Assembly: GCF_000372725.1 (NCBI RefSeq)
Contig: NW_005202427.1
Location: forward strand, 801,581 to 865,580
DNA: 64,000 nt
Source: Emiliania huxleyi CCMP1516
Lineage: Eukaryota
Reading direction: 5' to 3'
Made by a program: the position numbers and the translations under genes. Numbering within the stretch: position 1 is the stretch's first letter; each line of letters begins with the position of its first letter. The notes beneath the pieces are model-generated. The model was not told the DNA's origin. It saw only the letters and a list, made by a program, of their open reading frames with translations, and ran no database searches. Positions 24,737-36,629 of the stretch are shown piece after piece.

Positions 24737-25173
24737 AGCACACCACCTCTCTCCGAAATGCGTGCTCCGCGCTCTTGTGCCGCGCAACAGCCGCCTCGCC
24801 CCTGAGGCTGAGCCGGGCCTGACATCTCCTGGCGCTGCGCTCAAAGTGGGTCACGCCCGTTGCTGCCTTTTGCACAAACACATGCGGCCCGTGTGTGCTG
24901 CGTGCGCCCGTGGCCTCGTTGCCCACGCGCACCACAGCTCGGCCCGCCAACATGCATTCGCCGGTGAGGCAGCCCCAGTCCCAGTCCGCGCGCGGATGGT
25001 TGCAGGTTACCTCTCGCATACCGTCGTGTCTCTCCAGCAGATGGTGGCCACTGCGCACATGAGCGCTGATCCATGGCCTCGTTTTTGATCGCAATTGACT
25101 GCGCCTCGGGGGTAGAACTCCTTTTTTGTGGCGGATGGCGCACGGCCGCACCCCCCTTGCTCTGCCGCAGGCT

Positions 25174-25611
25174 TCATGCGAGAGTGTAGCCCACGACGAG
25201 CCATCCCAGTGCGAAGCCCGCGCTGGACAGGGTCGCGGCGAGCCGCGGACCAAGGCCCTTGAGCGGCATGCGGACGATGGACTCCTTGCACGCGCGGAGC
25301 GCGGAGCACACCGCGACCGGCAGATCCGCCGGGTTTGCCGCCGCGATCGTCCCATTCGCGCTCAGCAGGGGAAGAGGCGACCCTTGGGCCTCCGAGATCG
25401 CCGCGGCCGCTTCGGCCACGTTGCACGCCACGTTGCGGGACAGGTCGGCGAGATCCCGCTCCCGGTCCCGCGCGACGCGCAGCAGTCGCTCCTGGTTCTC
25501 GGCGAGGGCGTGCTCCATCGCGGTGCACCTCTCGAGCATTTGCTCGAGGTCCTGCCGGAGCCGCTCCTCGCTCTCCTCGTCGAGCGAGTACGCCGCGTAA
25601 GTATTCGCCAT
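25174..25611 (-). CDS. Hypothetical protein, coiled-coil + C-terminal TM
   Basis: MANTYAAYSLDEESEERLRQDLEQMLER...AGFALGWLVVGYTLA*; coding-like composition. Confidence 0.5.
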   Translation of the reverse strand: MANTYAAYSLDEESEERLRQDLEQMLERCTAMEHALAENQERLLRVARDRERDLADLSRNVACNVAEAAAAISEAQGSPLPLLSANGTIAAANPADLPVAVCSALRACKESIVRMPLKGLGPRLAATLSSAGFALGWLVVGYTLA

Positions 25612-25734
25612 TTGTCCCTCCGAAAAACGCCGAGAAATAAGAAAACCGCGCCCAGCGAGTTTTGCTTCGCGGGATGCGCGCGCTGTGCCTCCGGTTCGTG
25701 CGTCGCCCATCTCTCCGGGAGATGTCAAAAACAG

Positions 25735-25776
25735 TGAGTTGTTTGGTATTCTCTATTCTTTGAGAATCTCTCTCAG
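25735..25776 (+). mobile_element. Diverged CRE-like 3'-end micro-insertion
   Basis: gagttgtttggtatt...aatctctctc resembles 12927-12970; possible TSD AGATGT. Confidence 0.45.
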
Positions 25777-25879
25777 ATGTGTCTGTTCCATTTTTTTATT
25801 ATGGGGGGGGGGGGGGGGGGGACTGCTTGTTGCGACCCCCGCTTTGATCGCGCCCTGGGAAGCCTGCCAAGATCCAAGG

Positions 25880-26910
25880 GTATGCACCGCATTGGGTCGC
25901 TCCCGCGGGAGGGGGACACTGCACTTGGGGCCGAGGGCCCCCGGCTCAAACCTTGTGCAAGCCGACCCTCGGGGAGGGCACCGGTCCGGACCGAAGGGGC
26001 TCGGGGTGGAGCAAGAAAAAACCCCCCCCCCCCCCCATTGGGGGGGGGCCGAATTTTTAAAGACCCCCCGGGGCCCCCAAAGGACCCCCCCTGGGTGCCC
26101 CCCAGGGGGGTTCCACCGGCCCTCGCTGGGGGGGGGGGTTGTCCCCGGTGGGGAAGCCTTTTGGAGCCCCCTGGGGGGGGGGGAACCCCCCCAAAATGCC
26201 CCTTGGGGGGATAAAGAAATGGGAGGCAGGCTTTTTCTCTTCTTTAAGGGGTGGACTTTAGGTCATATTGGGGCCCCCTCTTATGGGAACCCGGGGGGGN
26301 NNNNNNNNNNNNNNNNNNNNNNNNNNNNNNNNNNNNNNNNNNNNNNNNNNNNNNNNNNNNNNNNNNNNNNNNNNNNNNNNNNNNNNNNNNNNNNNNNNNG
26401 GTTCCCATTGTGAGCCGCTCCAGCGCAAGCGTGACACTGCACTTGGCGCCGAGCGCCCGCGGCTCAGACCTTGTGCAAGCCGACCCTCGGTGGGAGCACC
26501 GGTCCGGACCGATGGCGCTCGGTGTGGAGCAAGCAAGACCCCCCCCCCCCCCATCGGCGCGCGCCCGAGGTTCAAACGGCCGCGAGGAGCACCAAGAGGA
26601 CTCCTCATGGCTGCTCCCAAGTGGGCTTCGACCGGCCTCGGCTGGGGGGGCGGGTTGTCCCGGTTGCGGACGCGTTCTGCAGCCCCCTGGGCGTGACTCA
26701 GCACCCCAAAACTGCCCCTCGGCGGCATACAGCACTGCCAGCCAGCCTCTTCCTCCTCCTCAAGGGCTGTACTATAGGCCATATTGCGCCGCCTCCTACT
26801 GGCAGCCGGGCGGGCGCGCGCCGCGGGCGCCCCGGCGCGCGCACGGCTCGCAAAGTTCGAACGAGTACTGTGCCGCCCGGCCGCCTCAAGGCTGCCGGGC
26901 GACAGTACTC
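25880..26910 (-). repeat. Dispersed repeat (good copy 26400-26910; degraded copy 25880-26299 across the gap), same family as 3128-3590
   Basis: Reverse complement of 3128-3590. Confidence 0.85.
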
Positions 26911-27024
26911 CACTCGCAAGGCGCGCACCGGCTGCTCTGGCTGTGCTGCGCCGGCGGCCGCTGCGCTGGCCGCTGCTGCGCTGGCCGGCGAGCGGTACGA
27001 CCGCTGGAGTGGCCGCTGCACCCG

Positions 27025-28459
27025 GAGTGATTCTGAGATCAGGTTGGGCGACTGGCAGACATTTCAAAAATTTGGCGCCGCAGGCGCCCGCTGCGTGCCC
27101 ACCATGGTTGGGCGCGCAGCGAAGAAAATTTTGCGCTCTCGACAGCCTTTTCTAATAGGAAAATGGCCTCTACTCGGCGCCATACCGCTTGTCGGCGCAC
27201 AGCGGAGTTCGCAAGCCGGACCTGCTGCCTTCCCTTCTACGTACACTTTCAGAATGGAGGCTCAAACGCAGCGCAGGGCTCAGACCAAGTGCAAGTCGAT
27301 TTGTACCACAAAGTTGGTAGACAGTGCCAAAACCGCGGAACCGAAAATGGCGTTTAATTTCGCGCACCTGCTGTCCGCCGCCTGTGGCGGCGCTCCGCAC
27401 CGCTTGAGGCGCCTGCGGCGCCCCTGGCGGCGCGCTGTCCGCGCGCCCCTCTGTGGTTTTCGTGGGGGGCTCGGCTCTCGTAAGTCTCGATTTGTACCGG
27501 ATTTCGACGTTAGTGGCAAAACTGCGGAACCGAAAATGGCGTTTAATTTTGCGCACCTGCTGTCCGCCGCCTGCGGCGGCGCTCCGCGCCGCTTGGGGCG
27601 CCTGCGGCGCCCCCCTGGCAGGTGGCAGCAGTGTGTACGGCTGCGGCGTGCGGGTGCGCCCGGTACACAACCGGCGCTCTATGGCGTGCTCCGGGGGAGC
27701 ACGACTACGCAGTCGTGGCTTCCACACGCGAGAGAGTGGCTTCTATATTTACGAAAACATTGGGCGTCCCTAGTGCCGCATCCATAAGAAGTGACGTCAC
27801 GGTTCCAGGAGCGCCTGGCGGCACAGCTTAGAGTGGCAGCCGAGCGCCGGCCACGACTATCGAGTCGCCGTCGCGGAGCTGAGGGCTGGCCGACGGGTGG
27901 CGCGGTCTTCCTCCCAGCGCCACCCATCGGTCAGCCCTCAGATCGATCGATCGGCGCTCAAAGTCGCTTCAGATCCGAGAAAGCTGCTGGCGCCGCTGCC
28001 GATCCCAGCCGCGACGCCAGCAGCTTCCTCTGCTCTCCAATGCGCCGAGAAGCGACGCGGCGGTGCTCGGCTCGCCATGCACGATGACGGCTCCGCTGGG
28101 TGCTCGTCGGCCGGTCCGGTGGCACCCTATTCGCGCGTCACCTGCCGGCGTCCCGACGACAGCCTCGCGCCGCCGCTGATGGAGGGGCGGTCGGCGCCAC
28201 TGCCGCCGCGCCGCCGGTGGGAGAGGCACTGGTGGTGGCCTGGGCGGCCCTCCGCCGCCGCTCGGCGCGCCCGGGCAGCGGTGGCAGCCTGCGCCGCCCC
28301 CGCTTCGAGCGGGCGCCCCCGCTTCGAGCGGGCGCCCCCCGCTTCCAGCGGCGCCCGGGACGGGTTCCCCGCTTCGAGCGGGGAGATGCGGCCTGGGATT
28401 CGCTTTCTGAAATGTCTGCCTCCAAAGGGGAAACGCCCAACCTGATCTCAGAATCACTC
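27025..28459. mobile_element. Non-autonomous TIR transposon, GAG...CTC ends, 4-bp TSD (Sola2-like)
   Basis: 26-bp perfect TIR GAGTGATTCTGAGATCAGGTTGGGCG; CCCG on both flanks; internal ~90-bp direct repeat at ~27335 and ~27524. Confidence 0.85.
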
Positions 28460-28699
28460 CCCGCGCCTTCCCTCGCGGGCGCCGTCGCGCCGCGCGCGCC
28501 CAACTCTGCTGGCACACGGCACGCGTCGTCACAGCCGCGGAGAACAGGCGGTGCTGTGCGCGAAGCGCGCGCGATCTGTACTTTTAAGGCTGGATCCGGC
28601 CATTTTCCAAGGGTATACCTTTGAGAATCCCCAGCGTCCCACCCTCCTAGTCACACTCTCAATATCTCGACTCTCCAACACGAAGTGCTGCGATCGCGG

Positions 28700-29000
28700 G
28701 TGGCCCATTTCTTTTTTCCTTTCTTTTTTGGGTCCTGAAGGCACCCTAACAGCATTTTTCGCAGCCTCCCTGCGAAAAATGCTGCACCCCGACCACGCTT
28801 TTTTGTGTCCGCGCATCGCCGCGACCACGGCCTCCGCCCCGTTTTCGCAAATCACGTCCTCCGCGCCCTCCTTGGCACTTACCATCCAATTTAGAACGTA
28901 GGTCGTAGCAGCCGCGTCCTCGATCCTCGTCAGGCCGTCTCCGCGTCTGCAGCTATGAGCTAACAAACATATCTCCTCTAATCTCCTCCGAACGCGCGCG
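28700..29000 (-). pseudogene. Possible ARM-repeat-like coding fragment
   Basis: ICENGAEAVVAAMRGH resembles an ARM repeat; no clear gene structure. Confidence 0.25.
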
Positions 29001-29451
29001 CACAACGCAACGAGACAACGTGCGAGAGACTCGATCGGAAACTCTGCCCGCGTGCCGTGAGCGTGACCCGTGTGTGGGTGTGCCGCGACTGCACTCGCTC
29101 AGACCTCAGTCTCTGCACTCGGAGCACGGAGGCTCAGCCTCGCGTGTCGCGGGGGGACTCGCCAACATAAATTAAATTAAATATTAGCATACCCATATGC
29201 TCCCCAAGTGGGACCTGTTCCCTTTTACCCATCTCACAGTATAGTCTATAGAGGTGTCCGTTTTTATTTATTTGGGTCTGTGGTTGCTGCTTCTCGCGTG
29301 CGTCCTTGGCACTTGTGCCCGCCTCCTTCACCTACGAGCTCGTATATGCCACGTCGCCGCCCGTGTTTGGGTTTCTATGTTTGCGATTTGGGTTTTGGCT
29401 TATCTATGATTCTGTGTTTATTTATTTTATTTGTTTATGCTCCACCCAAGT

Positions 29452-29762
<311 letters not shown>

Positions 29763-30060
29763 CACCCAAGTGCGCGCGCGGAAGGTGCAACGGCTGCCGC
29801 AAGGAAAACGTATATACGCACAAGAGCTATCCGGCCTGACACTCCCTGCACGCTGCAGCGGTCGACTTCACTACACGAACGGCGCGTCACGATGTGTCCC
29901 TCGAAGTCCCACACAGTCATCCCCCCGCCACTGCATCCTGCTCGCACCACGCCTCTGCTCTCGGCGGCGGCGACCTCAACCCCCACCCCCAAATGCGCCC
30001 CCTCCCCTCGCACCGAAACCGCCTCGCCCTGCCGATGGGGCGACGCCCTACGCCGACGCC

Positions 30061-31112
30061 CTACGCCGCCTTGTCTGCCGGCGTGCGCGGCGGGACGCGG
30101 TGCAGGAGCGAGAGGACGGCCAGCGCGGCCGAGGTGGCGGCCGCCTTTGCCGAGGCGGGGTTGCGGCTCACGAGGATCGCGAGCAGCCCGACCACCACCG
30201 CCGCGCCCACCACCGCCGCGTTCCGCGGCAGGTCTCCGCCCGGCAGGCGCGGCATCGAGGGGCGCGGCATCGAGGGGCGCCGGCTGCGCGCGCGCGCCTT
30301 TGCGGCCGCCTTGTCGGCCGCGGCGGCCTCGGAGAGGACGCCGTCGATGGCGCGGCCGACGCAGGCGCGCACCTCCGCCTCGGCCGGGTCGGCGGGCGTC
30401 GCGGAGGCGGCGGCGAGCTTGCGCAGCTCGGCACGCAGGCCGTCGTTCTGCTTGCGCAGCTCCTCATTCTCAAAGACGAGGAGCTCGGAGCCGGAGACGG
30501 AGACGGCGGCGGGCGTGCCGGGCTCCGAGCCCGCGGCGGTGGTCCAGTCGTTGAAGTCGGACTGGGCGAGCGAGACCGCGGAGGCGGACGCGCTCAGGCA
30601 GCGCCGCTGCAGCGCGTTCTCCTTGGCGACTATGAGCCGCTGGAACTCGGGGTCCGCCGCGAGCTCGGCGGAGAGGGTCACAAACGACCTGGAGGGGTGG
30701 GGGGGGCGGGCTAAAGAATGGCGGTGCGGCGGCCGCGTTCGGGCACGCAGGAGGCGCACTCGAAGCTCTTGAAGGACGCGTGGGAGAGATCCACGCTTCC
30801 GACGCCGTTGGAGACGCCCAGCCACGCGTGCGAGCCGTCCCCGCTCAGCGTGACGCTCTCGAGGATGTCGGGCGAGTGGGACGCCTCCGTGATGAGCGCA
30901 GCCGCCTCCGCGATGTTGTCCTTGGAGAGCGACACCACCTGGCCCGCCTCCTCGCCCGCGCCCTTGACTGGCGCTTCGTGGAGCACGACCTGTGGGAAGA
31001 GGTCCGAGGAGCTGTACGCCTGGGACTCTGCCGCCTGGCCGCTGGCAAGGACGCCGCCGGAGAGCGCGACTCCCGCCTTGGCCGCCTTGGCAACCGCCTT
31101 CCGCGCTGACAT
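30061..31112 (-). CDS. Hypothetical protein with coiled-coil and C-terminal TM; exons 31112-30760, 30688-30061
   Basis: GT-AG intron joins two ORFs in frame; ENEELRKQNDGLRAELRKL and AAVVGAAVVVGLLAILVS. Confidence 0.7.
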
Positions 31113-31493
31113 CTCTCTGACAGCACAAGCGGCGGTCCAGTCGTCCACGCCGGTGGTCTTGGTTTATAAATGAACTCAACCCGCTCGCACTCTTCACACA
31201 GGGGCACTCACAGCACACTGTGAGAAGGTTCACGGGGCCGACACAGTCAGTACAGCGGGGAGGAGTGAAATGAACTGGACGCGGCACAAACGGGCAACAA
31301 AAACAAACTCTCTGTCCTGAAACGGGGCACAAACGCCAGGCTACAAAGACGGGGAGGCACGTAGTAGGTCTTTCTTACGTTTTTGATTCTTTTTCTTCCG
31401 TTTTTTGCCCATTTACGCCACCGCACCACATAGGGTTAGCACACCATATATGTGTAAAGTCCGCTTTTCTTTTTAGAAAAAATCAGCCCTCGC

Positions 31494-32809
31494 ATGGAGG
31501 ACGCTGGCGAGGACGCTGGCATTCGCTGGCACGGCGCGGTGGCGTCGCACTTCCCGCCCGCCTTCCGCGCCTTTCTCGAAGCGAACGGCGTGCACGCCGA
31601 CAACTACTCCGTGGAGGACGTTCCGCGCTACATCCGCGTCAACCCGCGCTCGGCGCTCACGCAGGAGGAGGTGGAGCGGCAGCTGCCGCGGAGCGAGCCG
31701 GTCGGCTGGCTGCCCGGCTACTACAGGCTACCGGCCGACGTCAAGATTGCCGCCTGCGACGCCTACCGGCGCGGCGACCTCTACGGGATCGACCTCGCCT
31801 CGGGCGCGGCGGTGGCGGCTCTGGGCGTGCTGCCGGGCGAGGCAGTGCTCGACATGTGCTGCGCGCCGGGCGCAAAGCTCTGTGCGCCAGCGCGTGCGCC
31901 GAACAGGTCACCTCCCAGCTCGGAGGTGACCATCGATTCCGGCGAGCTTTAGGCGCGCTGGCAGACGCGCTGCAGCTGAGCGGCTCGGTGACGGGAGTCG
32001 ACGTCAGCGAGGAGCGGCTGGCTAGAAGCTGGAATACGTCTTCATGTCTCCCAACCAGCACTCGAGAGGACACGGATTCAGCCGCATTCCGCTGTATTCC
32101 GCTGTGTTCCGCTGTATTCACTGTATTCTTCTCCGTTGTGTTCACGCGGTGCTCTGAAGGCGCAACACAGTTACCGTACTCACGCCCTCATGTCAGCGTA
32201 TTCACAGCGTAGGAGCGGCTTGCTGCGGCCAGGACGCTGTGCCGCAAGTACGGCATCACGAACGCGCGCCTCTACCTCGCAGACGCGACCGCCTTTGCGG
32301 AGCCGCCGCCACTCACCCTCCCCTCCTCCGACGAAGACACTCTCACGAGGGACGCCGCTCCGGCCGCCGCCTCCGCCTCCGCCTCCTCCGCCGTTGCTCC
32401 GGCCGCCGCCTCCGCCTCCGCCTCCTCCGCCGTTGCTCCGGCCGCCTCCTCCGCCTCCGCCTCCTCCGCCGTTGCTCCGGCCGCCGCCTCCGCCTCCGCC
32501 TCCTCCGCCGTTGCTCCGGCCGCCGCCTCCGCCTCCGCCTCCTCCGCCGTTGCTCCGGCCGCCGCCTCCGCCTCCGCCACCTCGACCGCCGCTCCGGCCG
32601 CCGCCTCCGCCTCCGCCTCCTCCGCCGTTGCTCCAGCCGTCTCCGCCGCCTCCGCCACCTCGACCGCCGCTCCGGCCGCCGCCTCCGCCTCCGCCGCCGC
32701 TCCAGCCGCCGCCGCTCCAGCCGCCGCCGTGGATCCGCCGGAGAGCGGCAACGCTGCCGACGGCGCCGCTGTCACCGCTGCGCCCGCCGCATCGCCGCCT
32801 CGAGTAGCT

Positions 32810-32844
<35 letters not shown>

Positions 32845-34173
32845 AGCAGCTAGAGGTGGAGGTGGTGGAGGTGGAGGTGGAGGTGGAGGAGGAGGTGGTG
32901 GTGGTGGTGGTGGTGGAGGAGGTGGTGGGCGGCGGCGCAAGCGCCGGCAGCGAGCTGAAGGCAGCCTCGCCCCTTCGGCGTGCCGCCGCGTCGCCGCTCC
33001 GCCCCGACCCTCTCTCCTCCCCAGCCGCAGGAGCGCCAGCCTTCCTGGGCAAGCGGCTCGCGCGGGCGGCGGCCCTGGCGGAGCGCGCCGCCGCGAGAGG
33101 AGGCTGCTTGGGCGACGCGGCGGCGTGCGGCCAGCTGGGCGGGCGGCAAGGAAGGCTGTACGACAAGGTCTTTGGTGCCCACACCGCTCACCCACGCGCG
33201 CTGGGCCTTGCACGTTGAATGCCGTGCGGCTCCTGTCGTCTAGACGTGGAGTCGCGAGAGGGTCGCCCACCCCTTGCCCCACCACCTCGTGTGTGTGGAG
33301 AAGTGCACCTTACCTTACCTTAGGTCTTGGTGGACGCCGAGTGCACGCACGACGGCTCCATCAAGCACCTCGCAAAGTTCGCACAGTGGGGCTGGGACAC
33401 TTTCGAGCGGCGAGCGCGCCGCCGCCGCCTCCGAATACCGGGGCCTCTCCCGCGCCGCCGCGAGGAGCCGCCTCCCCTCGCTGTGCGCAGGCGCTTCCTC
33501 GACCCGGAACGGCTGGCGAGCTTGCCGCTGCTGCAGGGCAGGCGAACTTCGGCCTCGGCGAATCTCGGCGAATCTCGGCGAATCTCGGCGAATCTCGGCG
33601 AATCTCAGGCGGCAGGCCGAGCGCCTCCCACCACTCGAGCATCGCGGGGCCCGCGGCCTCTGCCTGGCCGCCCGCCACCTCCGACCCTGCCGCCCGCAGG
33701 CTGCTCCGGGCCGGCTTTCGCCTGCTTCGCCCTGGCGGCGCGCCCTCTCCCCCCGGACGACCCTTCCCTCCCCGCCCCGCCTCTCTTTGCCCTGCCTCTC
33801 TTTGCCTTTGCCCCGCCTCTCTTTGCCTGGCGTCTCTCTTGCCCCGCCTCTCTTTGCCCCGCCTCTCTTTGCCTTTGCCCCGCCTCTCTTTGCCTGGCGT
33901 CTCTCTTGCCCCGCCTCTCCCTCGTCGCGACGCCCTCGCGCTCCGCCGGTGGCAGGTGCTCTCGTCTACTGCACCTGCAGCTTTGCGCGCGCGCAGAACG
34001 AGGACGTTGTCTCGGCCTTCCTCGGCGACGAGCCGGCGGCGAGGCTGGTCGAGGTGGAGTGCCTCGCCGACGCCCCCGCCACGCCGGGGAGCCTGCCCCT
34101 CACGCTGCGCTTCGATCCTCGCCGCTCGCGCACCTCGGCCCTTTTCGTCGCCAAGCTGGAGAGGGTCAGCTGA
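31494..34173 (+). CDS. RsmB/NOP2/NSUN-family RNA m5C methyltransferase, multi-exon
   Basis: RYIRVN, VLDMCCAPGAK, VTGVDVSEERL, LADAT, YDKVLVDAECTHDG, LLRPGG.LVYCTCS...QNEDVV, ALFVAKL. Confidence 0.92.
32012..32212. mobile_element. Introner-like intron (family A) in the NSUN gene, GA-AG
   Basis: Homologous to intron 46054-46208; flanked by direct repeat AGGAGCGGCT(G/T)GCT. Confidence 0.75.
32357..32720 (+). repeat. 39-bp coding minisatellite (APAAASASASSAV)n
   Basis: gctccggccgccgcctccgcctccgcctcctccgccgtt tandem units in the NSUN reading frame. Confidence 0.9.
33168..33323 (+). mobile_element. Intron formed by a LINE 3'-end insertion
   Basis: Interior matches the UTR+(CCTTA)n tail of 4010-4146 and 29624-29762; duplication AGGTCTT(T)GGTG; splicing restores YDK|VLVDAEC. 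Confidence 0.85.
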
Positions 34174-34642
34174 GGAGGAGACGGCCAGGCTGAAGGTGAC
34201 GGCAGGCGGTTGCCTCCCCCGTGCCGAGAATTGTTTTGAGCGTTGAGAACGGCCAGATATAAAACGTGACAACTCAAAAGCATGTACATGTATGCACGAC
34301 AGAGATCTCTCGCGCCTCTGTGGCGCGGAGAGTGGGGAGAGACGTACGGGGTGGACCGTGAGCAACGCACCTGGCCCATCCCTTGGGAGCTGGGGGGGAG
34401 TAATGGATGCGCTGCCCCGCTGTTGCCACTTGCCTGTTCCTCGTGCCCCGGTGCCTCTCTAGCTCTACGTATCGTATCATCCCGCGCTCCCGGGTCCCGA
34501 GCGGAGCGGATCTTGTCGACGTGGAAGTACACAGGCTCGTCTAAACCAGTAGTCGACTCGTACAGTTGCGGGGGTTTTACGGCTTTACGAAAAAGTGTCG
34601 TTCTCTACCGCCCATCTTGCATCTACATACTCTACATCTTAT

Positions 34643-36169
34643 TTACTCTTCACTGGCTCTTAATGCGCTCGAGGCGATCCTGGCGATCGGCCTCAGCCCC
34701 CGCGCCGTGTCACCCGCGGGGAAGGCGTCGATCCGCTCGTCCTCCAGGAACGCAAAAGCGCGCGCAAACTCGCTCGGCGAGGCGCGGATGGGCGCCTCGA
34801 AGTGAGCGGGCACAATCTGCTCGAACTGCCAGCGGCGCGCCACCGCGTCGACCCACCGGCGCACCGCGGCCGGGTCCTGCGCGTAGAGAAGCGTCCGCAC
34901 GACGGGCGGGACGAGCAGTCGCCCGGCGAGCGCGCGAAAGTTGTCGTGCCATCCCTCCGTCCACGTGACGACGCCGAGGCCGGCGGCGGGGTCGGCCTCC
35001 TCATGCTCGGGGAAGAAGAAGGAGACGAGCAGGGCCGTCTTCTCCCAGCCCGCCTAGTTCAAACCGATCGGGTGTTTGAGTGTGTGTGTGTGCGGCGGCC
35101 TGTGCTCTCTCCGTCTCCCAGCCCGCCTGCCGCGCCTCGGGCGTGTCCGCGGGCTGCGGGTCGGCGGTCGAGCGCTTCGAGACGAGCAGCAGCCGCGCCG
35201 GGTCGCTGAGCGGCGGCGCCTCGATCGGGACCCTGGCGAGGGCGTCGGTGACAATGAGGGAGCGGCTCGCGCGGTGGAAGAACGCCGTCTCGTAAAAGGT
35301 GGTGGGTGTGCCGCCGATGGAGAAGGTGCCCGCGGCGAGCGTCTGGTATGGAAGCTCCATCGCCCACGGGACGGCGGGCGCGCCCGCGTCCTCGTCGGAG
35401 AGCGAGAGGACGCCGCTCGGCCGCCTTCCCCACACAAACTCGTCCGAGACGGAGCGGCGCGGGAAGGAGAACTGGCCGGGCGACAGCCACAGCTGCGCGT
35501 CACTCCAGCGGAGGAGCGCGTCCTTGGCGAAGACCTTGTGCTCCAGCGCGTAGGTCGGGACGACGATGTGCCTCACGGCGGAGGAGGGAGAGGGACCAGG
35601 GCTGGGGGCACCGCACTCCTCCGCGCACGACTCAACGAGCTCGAAGAACTCCCGCGACGGCGCGAGCGGCGCGTGGACCCACAGAGAGCCATCCTGTAGC
35701 CGGACCACCACGCAGCGCAGAGGCGTCTCGAGCGGCCCGAGCTCGAGGTTCTGCTCGAGCGCCTAACAGGCGAAGACAGCAAGTGGCGGCCGCCATTCGG
35801 CCACCCCTTGCCGACCGATGTCTGCTGCTCGAGCGCCCAGATGCGGTCGCCGAGCTGCCGCTTGATGGTGCGCCGAGACGACTCGCCATAGAGCGGAGCG
35901 AACAGCGTCGGGAACCGAAGAAAGTACTTTTGCCTCTCCTCGTCGCCGTCTGCGTGTGCAGCGCTTGGCACGATCCCACTAGCAAGTGCTGTTGCCGTGT
36001 GGAGCACGCCTCGCCGGCTCACGTCGTGGGAGCAGGTGGTGGCGGCGGCGGCGGCAGAAGCGGCGAGGGTTGTAGAGCAGAGCTTGGTGTGTGAGGCGGA
36101 CGCATCGGCGCCACTCATGGCAAAAAGCACGACCACGGCTCGGCTTTTGGTTCTACGCAGGTCGCTCAT
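34643..36169 (-). CDS. DUF4336-domain protein; introns 35836-35763 and 35126-35054
   Basis: IWALEQ, RCVVVRLQDGSLWVHAPLAP, VRHIVVPT.ALEHKVF, ETAFFHRASRSLIVTD, IVPAHFEAPI; N-terminal SRRGVL...AAHA. Confidence 0.88.
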
Positions 36170-36254
36170 GGCGGAGCTCACGCCTGGGTGTAGGGTGGAC
36201 GGCTTCTTGTGGCTCTCGTCGAGAGCGTTTTGCGTCCCGGCGGCTGTGAGAATA

Positions 36255-36629
36255 CAGTTCCGGACGGGCATTAAGAACGCACAGGTTCTTCGCCCAGCCT
36301 CAGGTTCTTAGCTAAGTCGGCGGTCCGTCGGGGGCCGAGCCTCAGGTTCTTAACCGGGTGGATGGTTTTTAAAACCGTTTCGGCTTCGATTAAAAATCAA
36401 TAATGGGTCTTAAAACAGTTTGGAAGTTTGGAACAGTAAGTTCGCGCATGGCGTGACAAGAGAGTCATTCGCTGCCGTGAGCTGCCCCTGCGGCTGCGGC
36501 CGCGGGGGCAGGGGCGCCGGCTGCAGGCGTTGGCCCAGCCTCAGGTTCTTAGGGAGTTCTTAGGGATCCGGCCGAAATATGAGCCTCAGGTTCTTAACGT
36601 TAGAGGTTCTTAATGCCCGTCCGGAACTG
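36255..36629. mobile_element. Tc1/mariner-type MITE (TA TSD, 24-bp TIR)
   Basis: TA|CAGTTCCGGACGGGCATTAAGAAC ... GTTCTTAATGCCCGTCCGGAACTG|TA; internal GCCTCAGGTTCTT repeats. Confidence 0.92.

Noticed and set aside
25880..26800. Apparent tandem duplication across the gap
   Set aside because: The left copy has homopolymer-inflated, low-quality sequence; likely an unmerged overlap
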